Assembly: GCF_009834535.1 (NCBI RefSeq)
Contig: NC_045696.1
Location: 74,712,001-74,776,000, forward strand
Direction of reading: 5' to 3'
Origin: Camelus ferus
Lineage: Eukaryota
Length of the DNA: 64,000 nt
A program made the position numbers and the translations under genes. The notes under the pieces are model-generated. The model worked only from the letters and a program-made list of their open reading frames with translations. It had not been told where the DNA came from and did not search any database. Below, piece after piece: positions 1 through 59,055 of this stretch (the first letter of the stretch is position 1; each line of letters opens with the position of its first letter).

Positions 1-324
1 CGCAGCATCTGGACTCAGGCCAGGTCTGTCTAACTCCAAAGCTCTTTCCTATTACACTATGCTCTGAATATCTTAAGCGGAAGGTTTAGGAGCCATCCCA
101 GGGTTTGCTGATCCAAACTTGGAGCTCTTTCCACCACCAGTCAGCAAAGAGAAACAAACCACTTGTATGGCTTACCTTAAGATTTAATAATGAAGTATTT
201 GTCTTCTAAGATATAATTCACTCAGGTAATAAAACACGATAAGATATACTGTAATCAAGGTAATCTCACTACAACATTTAGTACAAGTAACAGAATTAAT
301 TTTGGGTTTTAGCAGCAGTGACAG

Positions 325-545
325 TGTGGTCAAGTGACTAATTAATAGTGCAGACTCTAGAGTCAAGACTGCCTGGGTTCAAATACTGGCCCTGTCCCTT
401 AGACAGGTCACTCCACCTCTTTCAGGCCTCCTCTTCCTTATCTCTAAAGTGGGAATAATAATAGTACCTTTTACATGGAATGAGATAATATTTGCAAAAC
501 ATTTATCATAGTGCCCGCTGCACGGTAAGTGCTCAATAAATGCGG
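325..545 (+). mobile_element. MIR SINE
   Basis: gactgcctgggttcaaatactggc...ttccttatctctaaagtgggaataataatagtacct...gtaagtgctcaataaatg. Further MIR relics at ~7560-7700, 8260-8520, 15110-15350, 48310-48470, 55110-55320 and 55960-56150. Confidence 0.75.
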
Positions 546-849
546 GAGCATTAGTCTCAGTACAATCTTTCCTATGGCCACTGAAGGTAGGAGAAATTCG
601 GACTGTTACTCTGCTAGGTTGACAACACAGTGTAGAGCCAGTCTTTAAAAAAACCATAAAGCTTAAGATAATAAAACAATGCAGAAAATTACCAAAACAA
701 ATTGCTTGTAAAAAGTGAGCACAAAATGTATCATTTACTTGATATCAAAAACTGAATATAAAACTATATCACAATTGCTAAATTAAGACATTAACCAGTA
801 CATTGACAAGACATCTAACTGAAAATAACTTTCAGTGATCTATGCCAAC

Positions 850-911
850 CTTGAAATATTCCCAGTGTTCTGGGGTATAGCCTTCTGGAATTTCTGCTAA
901 CTCAGCTTCAC
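850..911 (-). CDS. NDUFB5: NDUFB5 coding exon 4
   Basis: actag|GT GAA GCT GAG...TAT TTC AAG|gttggc; 62 nt; [20 protein letters not shown]. Confidence 0.96.
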
Positions 912-3900
912 CTAGTAAGAGAAAACAGTGATGTTCAACTTTAGTATCAGGAGTTTATAATATTGATTCTTCACTATTTAAGTAAGAAACCATCTTCTGG
1001 TGGTTTGAAAGAAACTTTTATTTTGTACCGATGAAGATATCTAATATTTTAAATTAATTTCAATCTGGTAGAAAATCAGTTCATTCATTAGATATTTTTG
1101 AGATGTCTTCTATGTGTAAGGCATTGTCTATGGGCATTATACAAGAGTTCACATTTTGTTTTTATAAGTGTAACAAGATATAATAAAAGACATATTATTC
1201 CTTCTGGTTTTCCCTAAACCTCCTAGACAGAATATTTTAGGATTCAAGACATTGGAAGCACTTTGAGCAGAATTTCCCAGGAAAATCTAATATTTATTGT
1301 CATTCACAAATCCATTCTTTTTTAGAAGATTATCATTTTACATGTTCCAGGATGGATAAAAAAAATTACTCTATCCCTCAGCCTCTCTTCCACCTCTATC
1401 TCTTTCTATTTTCCTTATTCAGACTTCTCAAAGCTAGTTTTAAGAAATGAGAAGGAGGAGGAAGAAAGGCCTTTTACGTGGCCTATAGAGTCAGTGACCT
1501 CAAAGGTTTTCAGAGGGGGAAAAAAAAAAGTGAAAAAAAAAAAAAGTAAAAAAAAAAAAAAGCAAAGTCCACTGTATATTATTGTAGATTAAGGTTTGGT
1601 TATTTTAAAATAAATTCCCATGCTTATGTTTATTTATTATTTAAAGAACTTTTCCTTACAGTATCCATAACTTATTATTTATATTAATGTCACAGGTTTT
1701 AAAAATGTACCAGTTTAGTCAGCGAGGGAGATACTTACCAATGAATACATTCACCAGAGTTATGCCAATCGCTACTGGAATCCCAGTCAACAAAATGTAG
1801 AATCTCTGTTAAGATTTAAAAAAAAAGTTTTCACACAACAATTTCCTAATTCTCCTTCCCCATTCTGAAACTGTCCTCATTTCGTGACTTCCTTCTATTT
1901 CTTGTAAAATAAACTTGCCAAATTGGAGGTGCAGTACCAAATTATTTATTTCTGTATTTTTCTTTTGCTTTAGTTTTTAGATGCCTATATTTAGCATCAG
2001 AAATGAAAGGAAAAAGTAAAGACTAATTGTACAAGTATAATGCAATGTGTATTTACATGATTTTTCATTCTTTTTGGTTAAAGCAATGTAACAAAAGAAA
2101 TTTTTGTATTAAGAATAAAAGTAAGACTATGAGGGCTGTTTCCAGAGATTGAGTTAGTCATCACAAGAAAAGTGGGCTGAAGAAGGGCATTAAGCACACG
2201 GACAGGCAGGAGAAGGTCTAGAGGGCAGCCAGTGTGCAAATGGTGGGTCACAGCTTTAGGAACAGTGACAGGGAGTCCAGACAATCTTCCACCTTCTAAG
2301 TCTCTTCTGTATAGAGTCTTCAGATACAAATATACGGTCAATACCCTGCTTCACTCTCTGAAACCAATGTTCCTAAACACAAAGAAATAAAAATCATATC
2401 CCAAGATAATGGAGTTACTTATTTAAAGAAGTCCTTCAATGAGTTCTTCAGTAATTCAAAGAATATCTTAGTAATATAAATAATTATCCTCAAATGAATC
2501 TGTTTTTAGCTTTGTAATTTATAGATGTGGGGGTGGGGCAGGGAACAACAGGTTACATTTCAAAACCCCATAATCTTGAGAAGAAAGAAATGGTTCGATT
2601 TTTACCTCCATTATGCATTAATACTTTTTTTGAAAAAGGAGAAGACTCACTAAATTAAAAATAAATTCGGTAGCAAATCAGGCCTTACTACACAATTTCA
2701 ATATTTGTTGAGAAAAGAAATACGAATTTATAAAATAAAATCTTTCATAAAATGAAAGATGTTTTCTAAATAGGAAAAAAATTTCCTCTTCCTAAGTAAA
2801 GAGTTTAGTTCAACAAAACTTTTAACTCACCATTAATTTCAAAAAACGCCAGTCATAGAATCCAGAGGGCTTGATGATAAATAGTCTTTTCCCATGGTCT
2901 CCACTGTGTCGCACAGGAGCTGGAAATATTAAATTACCCTGTTATACACAAGGTTTATACTGTTATATTTTGAGATAAAATCAGATTATAAGAAGATGTA
3001 CATGCATAAATAACGGATATGGATTAAGATAAATAAAGCATCCTTTCTCTGCCTCCAAATATACATACCTGAGATTAAAAATGCAAGCTTCTTTGAGTAC
3101 TAAAGGCAGGGCAGATAAGGTATCTCTAAACAGACATTTCTGATGTACTGTTCTAAACTATAGCTTTCTTCATTTTTATTTAATGTTAAAGCAACATCTA
3201 AATAATAGGTTTCAGTAGCAGGCAGGGAGATCAGATACTCCTGGTGGGCTACTTATCTTTGTTTACCTCTGCAAAAAATATCTGATAATGTTGCAAAAGA
3301 AATTAACTTAAATTATACCATTTCGTATGATGAGGCAATATGTATTAGGGACTTGATGCAAAATAAATGTAAAGATATTTATTCAACATATCTCCAGCAG
3401 GAGTTTGAACATGTTTAGAAGTTAACACTCTAATATATCTTGATAAAATCCCTTTTTAAGCCATTTGTTACTGTGAATTTCTCTTCCTCAAATCCTCTCC
3501 CAGACGGTATTTAATCAAGCCTTGCTGGAGATAAACTGAGACAAAACTTTTGTGCTTGGATCATCTATCTACATGAATTCCCTTTCTTGGAACTCTGAAA
3601 GGATACTATGTCCACTCCAAGAGCTTTCTGTTAAAAGCAGGAAAGCATCTAACATTACTGAGAAACTGGGAGTTACTGTCTTTCAGCTGCATAACCTCAT
3701 TCAAGGAAATTTCCCATGAGTCACTGCAGAATAAAAAACTAATTTCCTATTAAAGGGATTTCAGTCATAACAGATGGCAGAAAGATTTGTATCCTGTGTT
3801 GATGCTTAAATGTAAATGCTCTCACCTCTCCTAAAATCTATTCTTTAGGCCCAGATGACATCTTATCCTCCAAGAAACCAACATGCGTCCCACCTAGACG

Positions 3901-6900
3901 AGAGCTCTCCTGCTTTTGAACTGCTATGTATTTTACTGATGTGTATACTTGATTTCACTGCTCCCACTGAAACATAACTGTCTTGAAGGCAGGAACTGTC
4001 TTTTTAATGTTGGTATCATCTGCAGCAGCCTGCAGTGAATGTAGGAGGTTACTTCACAAGAGAATTGGAAGTTGGCATGAATTTACTAAGCATAAATAAT
4101 ACCATTAAGACTTTTAAAATAACAAGAGAATTTGACAAGGTAAGTACGTATTTCAGCACATTATGTGTAAGATATTATGGAAATTTTTGTGGACTAGATG
4201 AAAAAATGGGCTGGATAACAGTACAAACTGCTCATTAATTCAATAAATATTTAGTGCCTACTATGTACAGGTCTTACGCTAGGCCTACAGTATAAGAGGA
4301 ATATAGATCCTGCTGGGAGAAACAAATAGGTAACATAATTATAAATCTATCAGGACAAGAAAAGAAAGAAGAAGGATGCAGTGTCAGAAAAGAATATGCC
4401 CAGAAGTTTCTCTTTAGACAGGATAGTGGAGTTGGGGGGGTACCAGGAAGGCCCATTATAAGCCGACAGAAGTAGTAAGTTAGATGAAATTTGTAATAGG
4501 TAATTGGTTGATTGATTATACCCAAAAGGTGCTGATCACTTAATGCAGTAACCTGCCAAAGGGCTGTCTCAAGATTTCTATGAATGGCCTGGATGAGGTG
4601 GAGATGGCATTCCTGAAGATACAAGACTACAGTTACAAGAGTGGGTACCCTGATGATGAAATGAGATCCCCCAAAAAAGTCTTCCTACACATTTATAAAA
4701 AACTGAATCTAAAAGGATTAAGTATAGAAAGTGGAAGGTCCTGCCTGAATCCTCCAGAAGTTTAGCTGCTCACAAACTTAAGAAAAGTCATTGGTGTGAT
4801 GTGGTTACTAAAAACAAACAAACAAACAACAACAACAACAAGAAACTACCCCAAAAAACAAACAAAAAGAACCCCCAAAGGTAATTCAATCTTAATCTGA
4901 TGTGCCAGAAATACGAGGTCAATACAAGAGGAGCCCCACTCCCATCCATTACCTAGACCTGCGTAAGTGTGTCCCTCCCAGAGGACACTGTTTCAGAGGG
5001 ACAGTCTGGAGTATGCCCCAAGTTAAGCAACAAGGATGGCAAACAACCTGGAAACTGAACCTACCGAAACTGAAAGAAGTGAAGCTGACTGGCCCAAAGA
5101 GTCAGGATAGAAATCAGATGACTGGCCTTAAATAGCCGAAGGGTTGTCCAATGACTAAAGGCTTACACTATTCTGTGTTGACCTGAAAGGAAGAACTAGG
5201 ATTAATGTGTAATTTTCAGCTTAATACAAGGAAGAAGCTTCTAACAATTTCAGTGGTTGAACAGAATACTGGACTGCCTCCCCAATTCCCCACTCCAGGT
5301 TACATTCAAGTATCAGTAATGGGATGCAACAAGGATTAGCATACTACTGGGGGTTGGCATAGATTTCTAAGGTCCTGTCCCTCATAGAATATGAATAGAT
5401 GGCCTCTCTGAATAAAAAGGCACACCTTTCCTACTCACCAATCTCAATGGTTTCCTTCCACTGCCAAGAACTCTTTCATACTTTCAGGTTTTTGGCATTT
5501 ACTTCCCTCTTTACCTGGAAGCTTTTCCTCAGGCTCTTTGAATGGCTACCTCCTCACCTCATCCTTCAGGTCTAAGAATACTTATTCACAGAGGTTTTCT
5601 CTGAGTACCTTATGCAAAGCTGGCTTCCCACTTATTCTCCTTAATATCATTTGGTTATCTCTTTCAGAACAATAAGCCCTAAACCAAATTATTTTGTTAA
5701 AGTCCATCAGGTCAGGAACTGTCTTATTCAGCACTGTATCTCCAGAACCCTTCAGTGTCTGCCACATGGTAGGAGCTCCATAAATACTGTTACACTTACA
5801 TTTCTTAAGTAAATTAAATGTTGGTAGGGGATCTTTCTAAGGTCCTTGAAAGTAAATCTTCTCAGAAGGGACATATACTTCCAACTTTCCCTTTCAATCA
5901 GAAAGATGCACAGAGATAAGAACTAAGGATCAAACTGTGTGATTTTAGGGACAACTGATTATGAGTGACACTATTAATAGATATGGAAACTGTAACCAAC
6001 AAACAAAAAAAACTACAGACAAAAGCTTGATCTGGCTGCATTCTAGCAATATTAAGCAGTTAGTAATGTGAACTTACTGCTTTCTTTCCGTATAATAACC
6101 CTATTGTTAAGCAACACTTATTCATGTCATTAAATTTATAGATACTGTCATACCATTCATTGTTCTAAAGAGTATTTCATAGCACTCAACTTTTTACAAA
6201 TATTGTGAGCCTTCATGATTTGCTGTTGCAGTATGGCCATTTGCTTACAATCTAAAAATATTAGGGTGAACAATGCTTACAGTCAGGTGACTGCCAGGAT
6301 TTCTGGAACTCAGACCCTCCTGTCACAAAAATAGGCATTTTCTACCACTCTCTAAAGCCTGGAATTCTCAACTAGCTATTCATTAATTACAGGGAACTAA
6401 AGTTTAAATAACCAGTTTTTTTTAAAAATGCAAATAACTTCTGGAAAGCTATGTTTTGGAGAATTGTGATATTTTTAAGGATCAAGTAAGACAATGTAAG
6501 ACTTTTTTGTGTCTCCAAGACAGTACTGAAAACTGGTCATTTTCTTTCCCTTATTCTCAGACTATTTTGAGTTAATGGCACCATCAACTCAATTACTCAG
6601 GCTAAAAATCTCAGTCATCATCCTACGCCTGATTTCATCAGTTGTCAAGGCCTCTTGATTCTAAAATTCAAGCTCTTCATTCCTTTCCATGCTCTCTTCA
6701 CCTCACTGGCTTAAGTAATCAACATCCCTGATAAACCACCCAATATTCAAAAGCATGTTCCTAAAACATACTATTGATGTTGTTCTCCTGCTAAAACACT
6801 CTCGGCTGCCTACAGAATGTTAAGATATTTTGGCTTTGCATTGAGTCCCTCCCCCAAACTGGCCCTAACTTCCCTTTTTTTAGCCTTCTCTCTCAACACC

Positions 6901-9244
6901 TACCTATCCCAAGAGCTGCATATGCAGATATATCAGAAAACACATCCTTTACTTTTCTGCCAATTGCACCTGTTAAAACTATCCCCAGAATCCAATTAAC
7001 ATGCCCCACTATCCATGTCTGAATTAAGCCCACACCACTTTGTTTATAAAATCATTTCAATACTCTTCTCAGTTTCTTAAGCCATAATATGTGCACATCA
7101 GTCTTTAACATTAAAGTTCTCTGCAGCTGAAGGACTTAAGCTCATTTCTAGAATCCCTTGATGTCTGACAGTTAATAAATTGTTTAATTAAGTATAATAC
7201 TTTTATCTGCTTATTTTCTGAGAAACGTTTTCACTGAGGTGACTGATGATAACATAACAGTGCCAGATGTTTAAGAAAAGTGTGGCCACAGGGCCCTGTA
7301 GAAGACAATGTTCGGTGCTGTAGCTTTTTCCTGCTCACTCTTCACCACTACCTTTGAGGTAAGTTAAATTTTCATCTTTTTTTTTTTAAACAGTTTTTAT
7401 GGTAAGAGACAAGTACATTTCAAAATGACATTTCTAGAAAGATGCAAAATTATGCAGAAACACATTTCAGGGCTATAGTTTATCCTTGTCAAAGGGAAAG
7501 AGATTAGTTTTTATTTCCCTGTCAAGTCAACAGAATATAAGCACACTTGTAATAAAAATCCTCTTTTTAAAGATGAAAAAATGCAAGTTCGGAGTAATTA
7601 AGTGCCTTTAGTTTAGTTTCCAAGATGTGATGACCCAAGTTCACACAGCTACTAACTTCTGGAGCCAGGATTAGAACCCAGGCAATCTAGCTCCAGAGGA
7701 AACAAAACCTCCATCTACTCTGCTGGATCTCACATCCTCATAGGTGCAGACATAAACATTAATATAAAACAGATTACAACCTTTCATTCCACGGTGACAG
7801 ATTAGGCTTCACTTGCAAAATACCTTTGAAAGTAGGTATACCACTGAAGCACCGTAACACTCAGTATAGCTATCAGATCCTTTCCTGCATCCAGTGGAAA
7901 GGGTATAGATTACCTGCAACGATCCTTCCAGAACTCCAAGAATGGGGAGTATCTAGATCTAAAGGATCTAGGGGTAAAATTTTACCTCAGTTTATTTCCA
8001 GCTAGGCATGATTAAATACTATGGGGTTGGGGAGGAGTATTTGAAGAGGAGGATATTTGTAGTCAGAAATGGCTTACAAAGGAATTTTATCAAGGATGTT
8101 AGTATATGTAGTTTTGCAACAAGTTCAAATTCCTGCTAGAAATGTGTTGAATACCACTGGTCCTTTCCATCAGTTTTCCAGCAACATAATTCAAATTAAA
8201 TTGGGAGACGAGCAGAGCAGTAAACAAAAAAAAGATACTTTTAAGTTGGAGAAGATATTTTTAGCTTTAAATTTCAGTTCCTCTGTACCTACTTGTATTG
8301 CACAGGACAAATAGCTTACAGTAGTATTCTTGATCAAGAGGGTTAAATGAATACCTTTAATATCTTAGAATGGTGCCCCACACATAAGTGCTCAATAAAT
8401 GTTAGCCACCATTACTATTACTCAACTTATTACAGCAGTGCATTACTTTTGCAACAACTGAGTCACAGTTTCCTCATCTGTAAAATGGGAATAACAGTGT
8501 ACTTACTTTGCAGAATCCAATAACGAATAAAATACACTGAATACAAAGCATTTGATGTTTTGCTGTTATGATTACTCATTCTCCTAGAAATCAACTCACA
8601 GTCTCCAAGAGGCTTCAAATAACACCCCCCCCCCCACTACTGCACTGACCTTCCTAGGACCGAGGAACTTTCTCATGAGTCCCTTCTTCTCTAAGAAGAT
8701 ATTAAAAAATAATTATTTTATGACTGCGTTAATATAAAACGAATTCAATCCAGGCTGGATTCACCATCACATATGCATTAATATTATAGTCCTTTTCCTT
8801 CTGACGTTAAAATAAAATTTTAATTAAAACCTTTCTCAGCTCCTTGCCTTTGTAACCTCAGCTTGATCTGAAAATTAGCACCAACAGGAGAGGTGAGTAA
8901 CAAAGCGTTTCACAAATTCTAACTATTAACTTAAATATGACCGATTTGATTACTTCAGAAACAACCTCAGTCTCCTCACAAGCCCATGCTCCGTCTCGCA
9001 AGCCCCAAGTCCTCAATTCCTCCCGGCTCCCTCCAGATTCCACCAAGGTCATCCGGGAAGAGTCCTCCGTCTCTCCTTCCGCATCCCCTGAGCGCGCTTT
9101 CTCCCAAAGCTAGCACCCACCGACAGTCTTCGGAAAGCCACGGGTGAGGAAGCCCCCAAATCCAAGTTGAGTGCCAAGACGGCGACCGGACAGAGCCGCT
9201 ATCGCAGTGACTGAAGCCCGCTGCAATAAACTCATGGCCGCCAT
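850..9244 (-). CDS. NDUFB5: NADH:ubiquinone oxidoreductase subunit B5 (SGDH), partial: coding exons 1-4 in window, 3' exons off the left edge
   Basis: Exons 9244-9121, 2919-2831, 1805-1739 and 911-850, all GT-AG, sum to 342 nt in frame. Translation: [114 protein letters not shown], containing the hallmark SGDHGKRLF mature N-terminus. Confidence 0.97.
1739..1805 (-). CDS. NDUFB5: NDUFB5 coding exon 3 (transmembrane helix)
   Basis: aacag|AGA TTC TAC ATT...TTC ATT G|gtaagt; 67 nt; [22 protein letters not shown]. Confidence 0.96.
2831..2919 (-). CDS. NDUFB5: NDUFB5 coding exon 2
   Basis: ttccag|CT CCT GTG CGA CAC AGT GGA GAC CAT...TTA ATG|gtgagt; 89 nt. Confidence 0.96.
9121..9244 (-). CDS. NDUFB5: NDUFB5 coding exon 1 (mitochondrial presequence)
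   Basis: ATG GCG GCC ATG AGT...ACT GTC G|gtgggt; 124 nt. Confidence 0.95.
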
Positions 9245-9441
9245 GGCTACTACTGGCAAGAGAGGGGCGAGGGAGAGTAACGGGGGCCGAGAGAGCCAAT
9301 TTACCTCCGAGGGCGAAGCCGGAAAGTGGCCATGTTGAGCGAGGGCAAAGACAATTCCTGCTCTTTGCATCCGGTCGGCGAGAGACACAGGAAGTGACAT
9401 CATTGTTGGCAGAAATGCGATTTGCTTACTTAGGCGGAAAA
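9245..9441. promoter_or_regulatory. Bidirectional promoter shared by NDUFB5 and MRPL47
   Basis: Divergent ATGs at 9244(-) and 9442(+) in a GC/CpG-rich patch (~8980-9700). ETS-CRE-like composite CAGGAAGTGACATCA at 9388-9402. YY1-like motifs (GCCGCCAT, AAAATGGC) overlap both start codons. Confidence 0.85.
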
Positions 9442-28832
<19,391 letters not shown>

Positions 28833-28908
28833 GATATGAACTCTTAATTTACCATTTTCTTGGATTACAGTCTGTATACAAAAGTAAATACATATTAAGT
28901 GGTTTATA

Positions 28909-28914
28909 AATAAA
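28909..28914 (+). terminator. MRPL47 polyadenylation signal
   Basis: AATAAA about 77 nt after the stop codon, followed by GT/T-rich TTGTGTTTTT. Confidence 0.7.
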
Positions 28915-29296
28915 TTGTGTTTTTAGTCAAATGACTACCAACTATTTTTAAGTGTTGTTATGGCATGCTAATTCTGGAAGTGGTCAAAATGTGGTATAAC
29001 TTCAGATTAAATTCCCATTTTATAAATTCTGACATCTAAGCAGACTTCAATTAATCTCTTGTATCTTAGAGTGGGAAAATGGTATCAACTTCTACAGCAA
29101 AGGCAATAAGGTAATTTTGGAATTCAGGTTAATACTTTTACTGCTATTGTTACTAGATACGAAGGGGCTGTGGATTCTACTGTTAATAAATAGTGAGTAC
29201 TTTCATTTAAAATAATGATAAATTCATTTAGTGATTAAAGTAGCAAGTTACAACACAGCAGTCCAAAAAAAAGTATTTCTGGAATGGCTAGTAATT

Positions 29297-29302
29297 TTTA
29301 TT
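29297..29302 (-). terminator. ACTL6A polyadenylation signal (candidate)
   Basis: AATAAA on the minus strand ~370 nt downstream of the ACTL6A stop, with a T-rich tract further downstream. Confidence 0.6.
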
Positions 29303-29668
29303 TAATTTTGCAAGCCTAAGATAAAAGGCATAGGCAATAAATTTTACTAGTCAATAAAAAGTAATTCTACCAATCCACTGGTAATATACTAAACAGAGTT
29401 GGAAAACATTTTACTGAAAGCAAAATATTTAGAGAAAATAGACATTTATACAAAATTATAAAATGCTTGTAATAAGAATAAGTGCATTTCAAGGAAAGCA
29501 CAAACTTATTTTAATTTATAGAGCCAGTTAAAGCCTTAAAAAATTTAAGTGGAAATTGAAATATGCAAAAATGTATAAACATTCTACAAAAGATGGTTGT
29601 TCTCTTCCTGAGTGTACTAAAGCTATGAAACGTAAGGTGACACAGAAGGTAGAGGTTTGGGAACCTTC

Positions 29669-56796
<27,128 letters not shown>

Positions 56797-58069
56797 GGCT
56801 GCTGTCGACGCGACTCCTACGGTAAAGGCCACCAGGTGAAGTGACTGCAACGGCCGCAGCTGCGGGTCCTGAGAAGCTCTAGCCCCCGACCCCCTTAACT
56901 TCCACCGCCACCCGCCTCCGGCAACAAAGCAGCGTCCACACACCCCGGAGCGCAGTCACACTTGCTGTCTCCTCCTATTAGCCAATTACGAGGGGCCCGG
57001 CTACCTTTGATCCAATCAGAACGAGGCTCTGCTGCATCCCTACCGCGGCACCGCCAGGTTAGCCAATCGAGGGCAGCCATGGGGGCGGGGAGAGAAGAAA
57101 GCGACGGAAAGAGGAAAGGAGTTGGGTTGCGGCACTGGGGGGCGGAGCTTCCCGAGTGGGCGGGAGAGTGGGGCGAAGGGAGCTAGAGAGGGAGGAGGAA
57201 GGCTGCTGGCCAGAGTCGGGGCGGGCTCAGGGGTTTGGTTGGGTGCAGAGGAGCGGTAGGAATACAGTACAGCAAGGTGGACCCCTGGAAAACAGATTCT
57301 GGAATTTGAGAAATTGTCTCCACGCAGTAGTTCCGACGATTTTGCATTGTGGTGAATGCAACTTTTTTTTTCAGAAGAAGTATTTTCAACTTTGTTGAAA
57401 AAATTTAAATGTTATGCACCACTTTGGGGTAGGGGAAATCAGTAAATCGGACAAACCGATACGATACTGAAATTTTTTTAATGGTTAATAATTAAAGGAA
57501 GAAGGAGATGATATAGTATCTCAGCTAAATTTAAGTAGCACTTTAAAAATTATTTTTGTAAGTGTCGTCAATTTCTTTTATCCTGTGAGACAGGAATAAA
57601 GCAATGTAATCAGTCCTCATCCAAGGGAGTACCTAATCCTAAATACGTCTCCAAACTGTTCTTAGTCCCCTATTTCTACTAGCCCAGTCCATCCGGATCA
57701 CCATTATCTCTCCGCTGGATTACTGCAACAACTTGTCGCTCTGCCTTTTGGCCACACTGCAGGCAGCTTGATCTATACAAAACGCCCCAATCCGATTATG
57801 TCATGCCAATTAACACTCTTAAGATCGGTTGTATATCCTTGTGGTTGATAGCCGTTCTTAAGTTGGTTTGTCTAGGGTCTAGACATATAGATAGCTCTTA
57901 ACCTTGGCAACAATTGAATAAAGCCTCATCAGTCTCAGTGGCAGTGGCTTGGCATAAAGTGATAGTAGGATGGGGAACAAGGCTAGTGAGAGAAAATTTT
58001 TCTCTTCACTTAGCAGTGTAATCTCAGTATACCTGTTCATTTAGAAACTCCATTTACCCATTGAGAAAT

Positions 58070-58386
58070 CTCAGAAGTCAGCAAACTGTGGCCCCAGGGC
58101 CAAATCCAGCCTCCTTTGTTTTTGTATGGCCAGTGAGCTCAGAATCTTAATTCCATTAAGATTTTTTTTTAATGTTTTTAAGAAAAATATTTTGTTAAAT
58201 GAAAATTCTATGAAATTCACATTTCTGTGATGATAAACTAAGTTTTACTGGAACACAGCCAATCTTATTCATTTATGACTGCTTTTGCTCTGTAAGGCCA
58301 GAGTTGAGTAGTTACTACAGAGGGCACACTAAGCTGGAGGATATATTTACTATTGGATCCCTTAGAGAAAGAGTTTACTGACCCCA
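58070..58386. mobile_element. hAT-Charlie MITE (MER58-like)
   Basis: gtcagcaaact...agtttactgacccc termini; ggccaaatccagcc internal motif. Confidence 0.7.
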
Positions 58387-59005
58387 GAGACAATGCCTGT
58401 AACACAGTAGCACAGCCCACCAAGTACTTACTCCATGTTATTATCTGTGGCCCCCATGATTACAGCTCTATGGATACACATGAAATCCCCAAACTGTTTG
58501 CACTGTTTTTATGTTGTGTTAGACTAATAAATAGCTGAGTTATGAAATAAATAAAATATAAAAACTATTACTTTAAATAATAGTAATAGTTAAATACTGA
58601 AGAGATACTATTTGTGTCTATAACACAAAATAATTCATTTATATCAATTTACCATTTAAATGCATAGTCATACATAGCAATTTAAATAGATTACATGTAT
58701 TGATATCTCTCAACAGCATTATCTCTTAACATCTCCCATGGAAGTAAAATACCACGTAGATTGGAAAAAAGTAAAATATTTGTCCCACTAGTTCAGAGTT
58801 CATCAGAAAACAAAACAATTCAGCAGGGTTAATGAAGACCACACCCCTAGCCTCTAGGGAGGCCTGAGATGCTATGACTGTCTCTTCCCACAGAGGACAC
58901 ACTGGAATACAGGGAAATCTTCAATCTGATAGCACAAAGAGGGCAGCTTGAGAAAATACTGAAAAGTCATGCTTAGATGGGTTGCTTAAAGTAAGAGTTT
59001 TGCTT

Positions 59006-59055
59006 TGACACAACATTGTAAAATGACTATAACTCAATAAAAAAAATGTTAAAAA
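59006..59055 (+). mobile_element. Ultra-short L1 3'-end insertion with perfect 18-bp TSD
   Basis: TSD AAAGTAAGAGTTTTGCTT at 58988-59005 and 59056-59073. Body matches the reverse complement of the L1 3' end at ~17180-17225. Confidence 0.88.

Noticed and set aside
165..200. Minus-strand donor-like AAG|GTAAGC as a possible NDUFB5 exon 5 end
   Set aside because: The upstream sequence does not encode the expected HPISRWIAR peptide. The true exon 5 lies outside the window.
7222..7364. Plus-strand exon-like segment ending in a perfect GAG|GTAAGT donor, with a TGATGA C-box-like word
   Set aside because: It is antisense in the NDUFB5 intron with no recognisable ORF, a weak acceptor, and no D box or terminal stem. 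Chance occurrence is likely.
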